Shown here one piece after another: positions 1 to 7,773 of a DNA stretch of 49,019 nucleotides. This DNA comes from an uncultured Holophagales bacterium (lineage in GTDB: Bacteria; Acidobacteriota; Thermoanaerobaculia; UBA5066). The notes under the pieces were generated by a model, which worked only from the letters and a program-made list of their open reading frames with translations, did no database searches and was not told where the DNA came from. How positions within the stretch are numbered: the stretch's first letter is position 1; the number at the start of each line of letters is the position of its first letter. The position numbers were made by a program, and so were the translations under genes. The DNA lies in NCBI GenBank assembly GCA_964636395.1, contig CAZWRQ010000003.1:1-49019 (forward strand), read 5' to 3'.

Positions 1-53
1 CGCGAGATGGAGCTCGCGCACGCCGAGGTCCCGGAAGTAGCCGAGCGCGGCGC

Positions 54-1301
54 TCAGCGCGTCGATTCGGCGGGGGCGGCGGGCGGGCATCGTTCGTCGA
101 GGAGCGCCGCGAGGCGCTCGAGGATCGTGGCGGAAACGACCGCTTTCGCGGCGCGGGGGACGGCGACCGGCTCGGACGCGCCGGCGGCGAGGAGGAGTAC
201 CTCGTTCTCGTCGCTGTCGAATCCGATTCCCGGCCGGGAGACGTCGTTCGCGACGAGGAGGTCGGCCCCCTTGTCGAGGAGCTTCCGACGGGCGTTTCCG
301 GCGAGGTCGTCGGTCTCAGCGGCGAACGCGACGACGACCTGCCTGGGCGTCCTCACGGCACGGACGGCCGCGAGGATGTCGGGGGCGAGGGCGAGCCGGA
401 TCTCCGGGATCCCTCCGGCCCGCTTGATCTTCTTCGGCGTGAAGGCCTCGGCCTGGAAGTCGGCGGGCGCCGCCGCCATTACGAGGGCGTCGGAGGATGG
501 GAGCTCGGCGAGGACGGCTTCGAGCATCTCAGCCGTACGGTCGACCTTCACGAGCTTCACGTTCGGCGGCGGGTCGATGGCGACCGGTCCGCTCACGAGG
601 ACGACATCCGCGCCACGCTTCTCGGCCTCGCGCGCGAGGGCGTAGCCCATCCGTCCCGAGCTCCGGTTCGTCAGGAAGCGGACCGGGTCGATCGGCTCGC
701 GGGTCGGGCCGGCCGTCACGACGACGCGCCGCCCCTGGAGGCTCCTCGAGACCCGCGCCGCTCCGACCACCGCCTCGACGATCCGCTGGGGCTGCGCCAT
801 CCTGCCGGGACCGACGTCGCCGCAGGCGAGGTCCCCCGACTCGGGGTCGACGACGACGGCTCCGCGTCCGCGCAGGATCCGGAGGTTCTCCTGCGTCGCA
901 GGGTGGGCCCACATCCAGGTGTTCATCGCCGGGGCCACGACGATCGCCCTGCGGTGCGCGAGCGCGTATGTCGAGAGCGCCTCGTCGCCGATCCCGCGGG
1001 CCATCTTCGCGAGGACGTCCGCCGTCGCCGGCGCGACGGCCAGAACCTCCCCCCACCGCGCCAGCTCGACATGGTCGACGGCGCCAGAGGCGGGGTCCCA
1101 GAGGTCCGCCACGACCGGCGCCTTCGAGAGGACGGAGAGCGTGAGCGGCGTGATGAAACGCTGGGCGGCCGGCGTCATGAGGACCCGCACCGTGGCCCCC
1201 TTCTCGACCAGGAGCCGGACGATCTCCGCCGCCTTGTAGGCCGCGATTCCGCCGCTGACGCCGAGAAGGACGCGCGGGGCCGGGAGGCCGCCTCCGCTCA
1301 C
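54..1301 (-). CDS. coaBC: Bifunctional phosphopantothenoylcysteine decarboxylase / phosphopantothenate-cysteine ligase (CoaBC, Dfp)
   Basis: ORF 54..1409. It has the flavoprotein N-domain GVSGGIAAYKAAEIVRLL and the ligase domain TAGPTREPIDPVRFLTNRSSGRMG. I trimmed the start to the GTG at 1299-1301 because rpoZ ends at 1310 and the first 36 codons are Arg/Pro-rich noise. Sits in the classic yicC-gmk-rpoZ-coaBC synteny. Confidence 0.93.
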   Translation of the reverse strand: MSGGGLPAPRVLLGVSGGIAAYKAAEIVRLLVEKGATVRVLMTPAAQRFITPLTLSVLSKAPVVADLWDPASGAVDHVELARWGEVLAVAPATADVLAKMARGIGDEALSTYALAHRRAIVVAPAMNTWMWAHPATQENLRILRGRGAVVVDPESGDLACGDVGPGRMAQPQRIVEAVVGAARVSRSLQGRRVVVTAGPTREPIDPVRFLTNRSSGRMGYALAREAEKRGADVVLVSGPVAIDPPPNVKLVKVDRTAEMLEAVLAELPSSDALVMAAAPADFQAEAFTPKKIKRAGGIPEIRLALAPDILAAVRAVRTPRQVVVAFAAETDDLAGNARRKLLDKGADLLVANDVSRPGIGFDSDENEVLLLAAGASEPVAVPRAAKAVVSATILERLAALLDERCPPAAPAESTR

Positions 1302-1309
1302 GCCGGCCG

Positions 1310-1630
1310 TCAGGGCGTGATCAGCGGGAGCGGGTCGATCGGCTCGATCGCGCCCGGATCGGGCTCTCCCTCGACCATGCCTTCGGCGGGGCGCTGGCCG
1401 AGCTGCCACTTCACATGGCCGCCAGCCACCTCGTCGAGGGCGATCCGGGAGTACTTCGTGTGCCTCGTCTCGACCTTCGGACGAGCCCCGAGCATCAGCT
1501 GCTCGGCGCGGCGGGACGCGATGTGGACGAGCCGGAACTTCGACTCGATCTGCGGGGACTCCGGGGTCTCTTCGGGGGTCTCGGTCATCGGGCTGGCTCC
1601 GGTCTCTTCGTTCGATCTCGTCACTTTCAC
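1310..1630 (-). CDS. rpoZ: DNA-directed RNA polymerase subunit omega
   Basis: Omega core ESKFRLVHIASRRAEQLMLGARPKV, located directly after gmk. The maximal ORF starts with GTG at 1630. An internal ATG at 1588 (MTETPEE...) has a better-spaced GGAG and may be the true start. Confidence 0.88.
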   Translation of the reverse strand: MKVTRSNEETGASPMTETPEETPESPQIESKFRLVHIASRRAEQLMLGARPKVETRHTKYSRIALDEVAGGHVKWQLGQRPAEGMVEGEPDPGAIEPIDPLPLITP

Positions 1631-1646
1631 CCTCGATTCGGCCCCG

Positions 1647-2273
1647 TCACGCGGGGAACGTCCTCAGGATGGCTTCGAGCCGCTCCTGTCGTCGGCGGCG
1701 GCTCGAACGGCGCGCCACGACTATCGACCGCAGCTCGTCCACTGCCGCGTCGAGGACGTCGTTGATTATCGCATAGTCGTATTCGCCGAACTCGGCGAGC
1801 TCCCGCGCGGCCGCGCCGAGCCGGCGCGCGATCGACTCCGGGGTGTTGTGCCCCCGGGCGGTCAGGCGCTCTTCCAGGACCTCGCGAGAGGGCGGGAAGA
1901 CGAAGACCTTCACCACCTCCGGCATGCGCGATCGGACCTGCCGGGCTCCCTGGACGTCGATGTCGAGGACGACGTCGATGCCGGCGGCGAGGCGCGGCTC
2001 GACCTCTCCGCGGGACGTGCCGTAATGATGCCCGTCGTAGACCGCGTGCTCGAGGAAGCCGTCCCGGGACGCGAGGGACTCGAACTCCTCCGGAGAGACG
2101 AAGTAGTACTCCCTGCCGTGGACCTCCCCGGGCCGCGCCGGCCGGGTCGTGTGCGAGACGGAGAAGTGAATCGTCCCGACAAAGGCCGGGTCGGCGAGGA
2201 TCCGGCGGATCAGCGTGGTTTTTCCCGCTCCGGACGGGGACGAGACGATGAAGAGGTCTCCTGCGGGTCTCAT
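1647..2273 (-). CDS. gmk: Guanylate kinase
   Basis: P-loop SSPSGAGKTTL and guanylate kinase signature HFSVSHTTRPARPGEVHGREYYFVS. ATG start at 2273. Confidence 0.95.
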   Translation of the reverse strand: MRPAGDLFIVSSPSGAGKTTLIRRILADPAFVGTIHFSVSHTTRPARPGEVHGREYYFVSPEEFESLASRDGFLEHAVYDGHHYGTSRGEVEPRLAAGIDVVLDIDVQGARQVRSRMPEVVKVFVFPPSREVLEERLTARGHNTPESIARRLGAAARELAEFGEYDYAIINDVLDAAVDELRSIVVARRSSRRRRQERLEAILRTFPA

Positions 2274-2328
2274 CCCCCGAGTATGCGAGGTACCCGACCG
2301 CCAGTCAGCAGGAACGCGCTCGGGGGGT

Positions 2329-2356
2329 CCGGGGGGCGGCGAACGGCGCCCCCCGG
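2329..2356 (-). terminator. Perfect 10-bp G/C hairpin after the yicC stop (possible terminator or processing site, no U tract)
   Basis: ccggggggcg (2329-2338) and cgccccccgg (2347-2356) are exact reverse complements around an 8-nt loop. The hairpin lies in the 88-nt yicC-gmk gap. Confidence 0.3.
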
Positions 2357-2361
2357 CAGCG

Positions 2362-3222
2362 TCACTCCACGTTCTGGATCTGTTCCTTGAGCGCCTCGAC
2401 GTCCGACTTGAGCTCGAGGAGGACTCGCGTGAGCGGAAGCTCGCGGGCTTTCTGGCTCGCCGTGTTCGCCTCCCGGTGGAGCTCCTGCGCGAGGACGTCC
2501 AGGCGCTTCCCGGAGGCGTGCTCCCCCTTCATCAGCCTTCGCGCCTCGACGAGGTGCGCCCGGAAGCGGTCGACCTCCTCCGTGATGTCGGCCCGGTCCG
2601 CCAGGAGCGCGATCTCCTGGGCGAGCCGGGCCTCGTCGAGCGGGACGGAGTCGGCGAGCTTCGCGACGCGCTCGCGGAGCTGCGCGAGGAGCCGCTCGGC
2701 GAGCCCTTCGCGCGCCTCGGAGACTTTCCCGATCCCCGCCTCGAGCCGATCGAGGATCGCGGCGAGGGCCGACGCGAGAGACTCGCCCTCCCGACGCCGC
2801 GAAGCGTCGAAGTCGGAGAGCGCGGCCGCCGCCGTCTCGAGGACGGCCGTGCCGAGCGCCTCGCCGGCCTCGTCCTCGCCGACGCGGACGACGCCCGGTA
2901 GAGAGAGGAGGTCGCGCGCCGTCAGCTCCCGCGGGAGCCCCCGGTCCCGCGAGAGGGCGTCCCACGTCTCCGCGTACCGCTCGGCGGCTGCCCCGTCGAT
3001 CGAGACGGCGCCTCCGGTCGACCGCGTCACGCGGACCGAGAGGTCGACGTGCCCCCGGGCCACGGTCGCGCCGACGAGCTTGCGCAGGGGCGCTTCGAGC
3101 GCGCCGAGGTCGTCTCTCATCTTGAGCGAGAGGTCGAGGAAGCGGTGGTTCACGCTGCGCAGCGTGATCGAGAGCTGCGTCCCGTCGGGAAGCGCGGCCT
3201 GGGCGCGGCCGAAGCCGGTCAT
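2362..3222 (-). CDS. yicC: YicC/YloC family stress-induced protein (UPF0701; family reported as an endoribonuclease)
   Basis: Last 286 codons of track ORF 2362..4863. N-terminus MTGFGRAQA, motif RSVNHRFLD, and C-terminal ADITEEVDRFRAH and ELHREANT motifs. The ATG at 3220-3222 follows the msbA-like stop (3228) by 5 nt. The rest of the long ORF is out-of-frame overlap with msbA. Confidence 0.88.
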   Translation of the reverse strand: MTGFGRAQAALPDGTQLSITLRSVNHRFLDLSLKMRDDLGALEAPLRKLVGATVARGHVDLSVRVTRSTGGAVSIDGAAAERYAETWDALSRDRGLPRELTARDLLSLPGVVRVGEDEAGEALGTAVLETAAAALSDFDASRRREGESLASALAAILDRLEAGIGKVSEAREGLAERLLAQLRERVAKLADSVPLDEARLAQEIALLADRADITEEVDRFRAHLVEARRLMKGEHASGKRLDVLAQELHREANTASQKARELPLTRVLLELKSDVEALKEQIQNVE

Positions 3223-3227
3223 CGACT

Positions 3228-5117
3228 TCACGGTGTCTTCTCCTCCTCGAAGGCGGCGAGGTCGTGCAGCCTCCGGTAGACGCCGCCGAGCGCGAGGAGC
3301 TCGGCGTGCCGGCCCCTCTCGACGAGGCGGCCGCGGTCCAGGACGACGATCTGGTCGGCTCGCCTCACCGTCGAGAGGCGATGGGCGATGACGAGCGTCG
3401 TCCGCCCCGCCATGAGCCGTTCGAGGGCGGCCTGAACGGCCCGCTCGCTCTCGGTGTCGAGCGCGGAGGTCGCCTCGTCGAGGATCAGGATCGGCGGGTC
3501 CTTCAGGAGCGCCCGAGCGATCGCGAGGCGCTGCCGCTGGCCTCCCGAGAGCCTCCCTCCCGCCTCGCCGACCGGCGTGTCGAGCCCCTTCGGAAGGGCG
3601 TCGACGAAGTCGGCGGCGTTCGCGGCGGCGAGGGCGGCGCGGACGCGGCTCTCCGGCACGTCCGCGAGGCCGTACGCGACGTTCCTCCGGACGGTGTCGT
3701 CGAAGAGGACGACCTCCTGCGTCACGAGCGCCATCGCCCCGCGCAGCGACGCGAGCGTCACGTCGCGGACGTCGACCCCGTCGATCGTGATCCGCCCCGC
3801 GGTCACGTCCATGAAGCGCGGGAGGAGGTTCGCGAGCGTCGTCTTCCCCGCCCCCGACGGACCGACGAGGGCCGTAACCGAGCCGCGCGGGACGGCGAGG
3901 TCGACGCCCGAGAGGACGTCGGGTCCGCCCGGGTAGGCGAACGAGACCCCCTCGAAGACGACTACCTTCTCGAACGGCCGGAGCGGCGCGGAGTCCGGGC
4001 GGTCGACGACGAGGACGGGGGCGTCGAGGACCTCGAAGAGGCGCCGCGCGGAGGCGAGCGCCTGCTGGAGCGCTAGGTTGATCCGCGTCGCCCGCTTGAA
4101 CGGCTGGTACATCATGACCAGCCCGACCCCGAACGAGATGAACGCCCCGAGCGTCATCGTCCCCGCCTCGATCCGCTTCCCCGCGTAGCCAAGGAGGACC
4201 AGGAAGGCGAGGACCGAGGCCGTCTCGACGAGCGGCGAAGAGAGGGCCATGACGCCCGCGCCCTTCCGAAGCAGACGGAACGTCCGCTCGTTCACCTCGC
4301 CGAAGCGATCCGCCTCGTACCTCTCCGCGCCGTAGGCCTGGACGACGCGGTGCCCGCGGAGCGTCTCGGAGAGGACGCCGGTCAGGTCGCCCATCCGCTC
4401 GCGTCCCGCCTTCGAGATCCGCCGGAGCCGATTCGCGATCAGGACGACCGGGACGACGATCGCCGGCGCGACGACGAGGGCGACGAGCGTCAGCTCCGGA
4501 GAGCGCGACACCACGAGGACCGAGAGGCCCAGGAGCGTCGCGATCGACTGGACGAGGTCGGCGAGGTCGGTCCCGAAGAGGCTCTGGATCCGGTCGACGT
4601 CCCCGGTCACGCGCGAGATGAGGTCCCCGGAGGGGTTCTTCGCGTGGAAGGCCCCCGACTGACCGAGGAGCCGCTCGTAGACGAGGCGGCGCACGTCCCT
4701 CACGAACGCCAGCCCCACCGCGTTGAACCGGTACTCGGCGGCGAACGCGCAGAGGTTCTTCAGGACGAACGCGACGAGGAGGATGACCGGCAGGACGACG
4801 CCCCGGTTGGCCTCGGTCACGCCCACGGCGGACTGGAGGTCGAGCAGGCGGTCGTCGAGCCACTGGATGACGGGGGTCTTTCGCGCGGTCTCGGCCGCGC
4901 CGAGCGCCTTTCCGAGACCGCGCGCCGCCGGGTCGGCGGCCAGCTCCTGCTTCACGGCCGCGTTCTGCCCCGGCGTCAGGACCTGGTCGAAGAGCGGCCC
5001 GAAGAGGTAGGCGACGAGCGTCGTGAAGACTGCGACGCCGACCATCGCGAGGACGGCGACGAGCGCCGCCCTCGCGTGCGGGCGGAAGAGGCGCGCGAGG
5101 CGGAGGAAGTCCCTCAC
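3228..5117 (-). CDS. msbA: ABC exporter, fused permease/ATPase, MsbA-like lipid A flippase
   Basis: N-terminal 6-TM exporter domain plus a nucleotide-binding domain: Walker A GPSGAGKTT, signature LSGGQRQRLAIARA, Walker B ILILDEATSALD. The GTG start overlaps the lpxB stop (GTGA at 5114-5117). The MsbA assignment rests on lpxB adjacency, which is inference. Confidence 0.8.
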   Translation of the reverse strand: MRDFLRLARLFRPHARAALVAVLAMVGVAVFTTLVAYLFGPLFDQVLTPGQNAAVKQELAADPAARGLGKALGAAETARKTPVIQWLDDRLLDLQSAVGVTEANRGVVLPVILLVAFVLKNLCAFAAEYRFNAVGLAFVRDVRRLVYERLLGQSGAFHAKNPSGDLISRVTGDVDRIQSLFGTDLADLVQSIATLLGLSVLVVSRSPELTLVALVVAPAIVVPVVLIANRLRRISKAGRERMGDLTGVLSETLRGHRVVQAYGAERYEADRFGEVNERTFRLLRKGAGVMALSSPLVETASVLAFLVLLGYAGKRIEAGTMTLGAFISFGVGLVMMYQPFKRATRINLALQQALASARRLFEVLDAPVLVVDRPDSAPLRPFEKVVVFEGVSFAYPGGPDVLSGVDLAVPRGSVTALVGPSGAGKTTLANLLPRFMDVTAGRITIDGVDVRDVTLASLRGAMALVTQEVVLFDDTVRRNVAYGLADVPESRVRAALAAANAADFVDALPKGLDTPVGEAGGRLSGGQRQRLAIARALLKDPPILILDEATSALDTESERAVQAALERLMAGRTTLVIAHRLSTVRRADQIVVLDRGRLVERGRHAELLALGGVYRRLHDLAAFEEEKTP

Positions 5118-6259
5118 GGACGGCTCCGTCCGAGGAGCGCGAGGACCGCCTCGGCCGTCCGGCCGGGGGCGCCCGGCTCCCCGAGCTCCTCGCGCCCCGC
5201 GGCGAGGCGGCGTCGGGCCTCGGCGGCGCGCTCCGGGTCGTCGAGGAAGCGCTCGACCTCGGCGGTCACGCGCTCGGGAGTCGCGGCTCCCTGTATCAGC
5301 TCCGGCACCGCGCGCGAACCGTCGCCCGGGTCCGAGAGGATGTTCGCCATCGCGACGCTCGGCACCTTCACGAGGAGCTTACCCAGGAGGTAGCTGACCG
5401 CGGCGACCTTGTAGACGACGACCATCGGGACCCCGGCGAGAAGCCCCTCGACCGTCGCGGTGCCGGACGCGACGAGCAGGACGTCGGACGCAGCGAGGAG
5501 CGAGAGGTGCGGACCCGAGACGACCTTCCAGTCTTCGAGGCTCTTCCCGACGATCTGCCGGAGGAGCTCGTCGGGGACCGAGTCGGCCTTCACGAGGACG
5601 ATCTCGAGGTCGGACCTCCGCACCTCGAGGAGGGCGACGGCGTCCCGAAGGATCGGGAGGAGAGTCCGCACCTCCCCGGCGCGCGAGCCGGGCATGAGGA
5701 CGACGCGCCGGAGGCCGGGCGGCGGAGGAAGCGCCGGCGCCGCCAGCTCGCGACGTGCGTCGTCGACGAGCGGGTGGCCAACCCAGGTCACGCGCTCTCC
5801 GAGTCCGCGCGCGTCGTACCAGCGCTTCTCGAATCGGAAGAGCGTCAGGACGCCGCGTCCGAGGCGCGCCAGAGTCCGCGCCCGCCCGCTCCTCCAGGCC
5901 CAGACCTGGGGCGAGACGTAGAAGACGACCGGGACTCCGGCCTTCGCGAGGCGCCGGGCGAGCGGGAGGTGGAAGTCGGGAGAGTCGATCAGGACCGCCG
6001 CGTCGGCCTTCGACGCGACGGCCTCGCGCGTCAGCTCGCGCATGAGGCGATGGGCGAAGCGGATCTTCCCGATCGCCTCGACGACACCGATGATCGCGAG
6101 CTCCTTCTGGTGGGCGAGGAGGCGCATGCCGCGCGCCGCGCACCGGTCCCCGGCGAGACCGAACGCCTCGAGCCCGGAGACGCGCTCGGACAGCGCGCCG
6201 AGGAGCGCCGCCCCGTGCTGGTCGCCGGAGACCTCGCCGGCCGACAGGAGCAGTCGCAC
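5114..6259 (-). CDS. lpxB: Lipid-A-disaccharide synthase
   Basis: 381 aa with the N-terminal SAGEVSGDQHGAALL motif and overall GT19 LpxB-like sequence. GTG start at 6259. Confidence 0.9.
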   Translation of the reverse strand: MRLLLSAGEVSGDQHGAALLGALSERVSGLEAFGLAGDRCAARGMRLLAHQKELAIIGVVEAIGKIRFAHRLMRELTREAVASKADAAVLIDSPDFHLPLARRLAKAGVPVVFYVSPQVWAWRSGRARTLARLGRGVLTLFRFEKRWYDARGLGERVTWVGHPLVDDARRELAAPALPPPPGLRRVVLMPGSRAGEVRTLLPILRDAVALLEVRRSDLEIVLVKADSVPDELLRQIVGKSLEDWKVVSGPHLSLLAASDVLLVASGTATVEGLLAGVPMVVVYKVAAVSYLLGKLLVKVPSVAMANILSDPGDGSRAVPELIQGAATPERVTAEVERFLDDPERAAEARRRLAAGREELGEPGAPGRTAEAVLALLGRSRP

Positions 6260-6263
6260 GGGG

Positions 6264-6455
6264 TCAGCGGCTCCCGACGAACGACATCGCCCAGGCCGCC
6301 GCGAGCGAGCCGCCGACGATCGCAGTCCACATTCGCGCGAAGAAGCGCCGTCGGGAGGGGCCGTCGTCGCGCCAGAGGATCGAGAAGAAGGCCGAGAGGA
6401 TGGTCGCGAGAAGGACGAGATGGAGGAAGTGGTCGTCCAGCGGAGTCGTCGTCAC
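6264..6455 (-). CDS. Small hydrophobic membrane protein (63 aa), unknown function
   Basis: C-terminal part of track ORF 6264..6755. Two hydrophobic segments (FLHLVLLATILSAFFSILW and MWTAIVGGSLAAAWAMSFV). The GTG at 6453-6455 overlaps the stop of the upstream membrane ORF (GTGA). The upstream part of the track ORF is Arg/Gly-rich noise. Confidence 0.5.
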   Translation of the reverse strand: MTTTPLDDHFLHLVLLATILSAFFSILWRDDGPSRRRFFARMWTAIVGGSLAAAWAMSFVGSR

Positions 6456-6796
6456 GGCTTCCGCTCCCCCGCGACGTCCCAGGCGTCGAACGCGAGAAGG
6501 ACGTTCAGAACCCCCGCGACGACGAGGTAGGTGGTCGCCACCTCGAAGGAGGGCGACGAGGGGTCTCCCGGGCCGCGACCGGACATCCGCACGACGAGCG
6601 CCGGCAGGACGACGGCGTGGGTCGCGGACACGGTCAGGAAGGCGCCGAGCCCCCGCCTCGGGACCGGCCCGGGGGCCGCTCCCAGAGCAAGGCCCAGGAC
6701 GAAGGTCGCCCCGACGAGCCCGAAGTAGGCCGCCCCGCGCCCGCGCCGGCCGCAAAGGGCGTGGCCGAGACCGGGAACGAGAAGCGTGGCCAGCAC
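6452..6796 (-). CDS. Small multi-pass membrane protein, unknown function
   Basis: C-terminal part of track ORF 6452..7006, hydrophobic throughout (LLAVLATLLVPGLGHAL, AAYFGLVGATFVLGLALG, TTYLVVAGVLNVLLAF). The start is uncertain: GTG at 6796, or CTG at 6838 overlapping the HIT stop. Confidence 0.5.
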   Translation of the reverse strand: MLATLLVPGLGHALCGRRGRGAAYFGLVGATFVLGLALGAAPGPVPRRGLGAFLTVSATHAVVLPALVVRMSGRGPGDPSSPSFEVATTYLVVAGVLNVLLAFDAWDVAGERKP

Positions 6797-6834
6797 CGCG
6801 AGGAGGCGCCGGCCGGCCGGACGCGGCGCGCCCG

Positions 6835-7338
6835 TCAGGGGGTCCCCTCCGGCGGGCCGAGGCGCGCTCGGAGACGGCGGAACGTGACCTCGAGGTCCTC
6901 GGGGACGACGCGCGTCCCGGACACGACCGTCAGGAAGCTCGTGTCTCCGTCCCACCGCGGTACGAGGTGCATGTGCAGGTGGCCGGGAACGCCGGCTCCC
7001 GCGCACTTCCCCAGGTTCAGGCCCGCGTTCAGCCCGCCCGGCGCGTACTCCGCGCGGAGGGCCTCCTCGACGCGCGCAGAGAGGTCGATCAGGTCGATCC
7101 GTTCCTCACGCGTCAGCTCGGGGAGGGTCGCGCGATGGGCGTACGGGGCGACCAGGACGTGTCCGTTCGAATAGGGATACCTGTTCAGGACCGCGAAGAC
7201 GCTCCGACCCCTCTCGACGATCAGGGCCTCGGCATCGCCGAGGCCCGGGAGGTCGCAGAAGAGGCAACCTCCAGTCCCCGATGGAGGGTTGCCCGTCAGG
7301 TAGCTCATCCGCCAGGGCGTGAAGAGGACTTCGTTCAT
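6835..7338 (-). CDS. HIT (histidine triad) family nucleotide hydrolase/transferase
   Basis: Histidine triad GHLHMHLVPRW, plus NRYPYSNGHVLVAP and an N-terminal CLFC motif (Ap4A phosphorylase/GalT-like branch). The ATG start overlaps the ihf stop (ATGA at 7335-7338). Confidence 0.85.
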   Translation of the reverse strand: MNEVLFTPWRMSYLTGNPPSGTGGCLFCDLPGLGDAEALIVERGRSVFAVLNRYPYSNGHVLVAPYAHRATLPELTREERIDLIDLSARVEEALRAEYAPGGLNAGLNLGKCAGAGVPGHLHMHLVPRWDGDTSFLTVVSGTRVVPEDLEVTFRRLRARLGPPEGTP

Positions 7339-7703
7339 TCCTCCGGGGCTCGGGCGTCCGCGGCCGGTTCGGGGTCCGTCGTCGCCGCGTTGATCAGCTC
7401 CTTCAGCTTCTTCCCCGGCTTGAAGTACGGGACGAGCTTCGGCGGCACGTGGACCTTCACCCCGCTGCGTTTCGGGTTTCGCGCGATGCGGGCGCCCCGT
7501 TGACGGAGCTTGAAGCTGCCGAAACCGCGCAGCTCGATCTTGCTGCCGGCGCGCAGCGACGAGATGATGCCCTGGAAGACCGATTCGACGACGGCTTCGG
7601 CCTGCTTCTTCGTCAGCTGGGCCGTCCGCGCGACCTCCTCGACGAGATCCGCCTTGGTGGTCGTCTCCTCCGACCGGCTCGCGGCCTGCGATTCGCGTTC
7701 CAT
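7335..7703 (-). CDS. HU/IHF family DNA-binding protein (integration host factor subunit-like)
   Basis: KADLVEEVA...LTKKQAEAVVESVF...IELRGFGSFKLRQRGARIARNPKRSGVKVHVPPKLVPYFKPGKKL is a complete HU/IHF fold with beta-arm. cmk-rpsA-ihf synteny as in E. coli. It carries short N- and C-terminal extensions. Confidence 0.9.
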   Translation of the reverse strand: MERESQAASRSEETTTKADLVEEVARTAQLTKKQAEAVVESVFQGIISSLRAGSKIELRGFGSFKLRQRGARIARNPKRSGVKVHVPPKLVPYFKPGKKLKELINAATTDPEPAADARAPEE

Positions 7704-7773
7704 CTCTTCCCCTCGCGGAGGGCGTCCCCTTCGGACGCCCTCCGGCGGCGCCTCCTCGCAGGCGCCTCGAACG

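Noticed and set aside
1-53. Possible start of a further minus-strand gene after coaBC. The reverse complement reads ...LSAALGYFRDLGVRELHLA, running out of the window.
   Set aside because: Only about 17 codons are visible, with no canonical start codon resolved. That is too little to call.
3223-4863. Upstream 547 codons of the 833-aa track ORF 2362..4863.
   Set aside because: This part is extremely Arg/Pro/Gly-rich with no motifs and lies out of frame over the well-supported msbA-like gene. Only the last 286 codons (YicC) look like a real protein.
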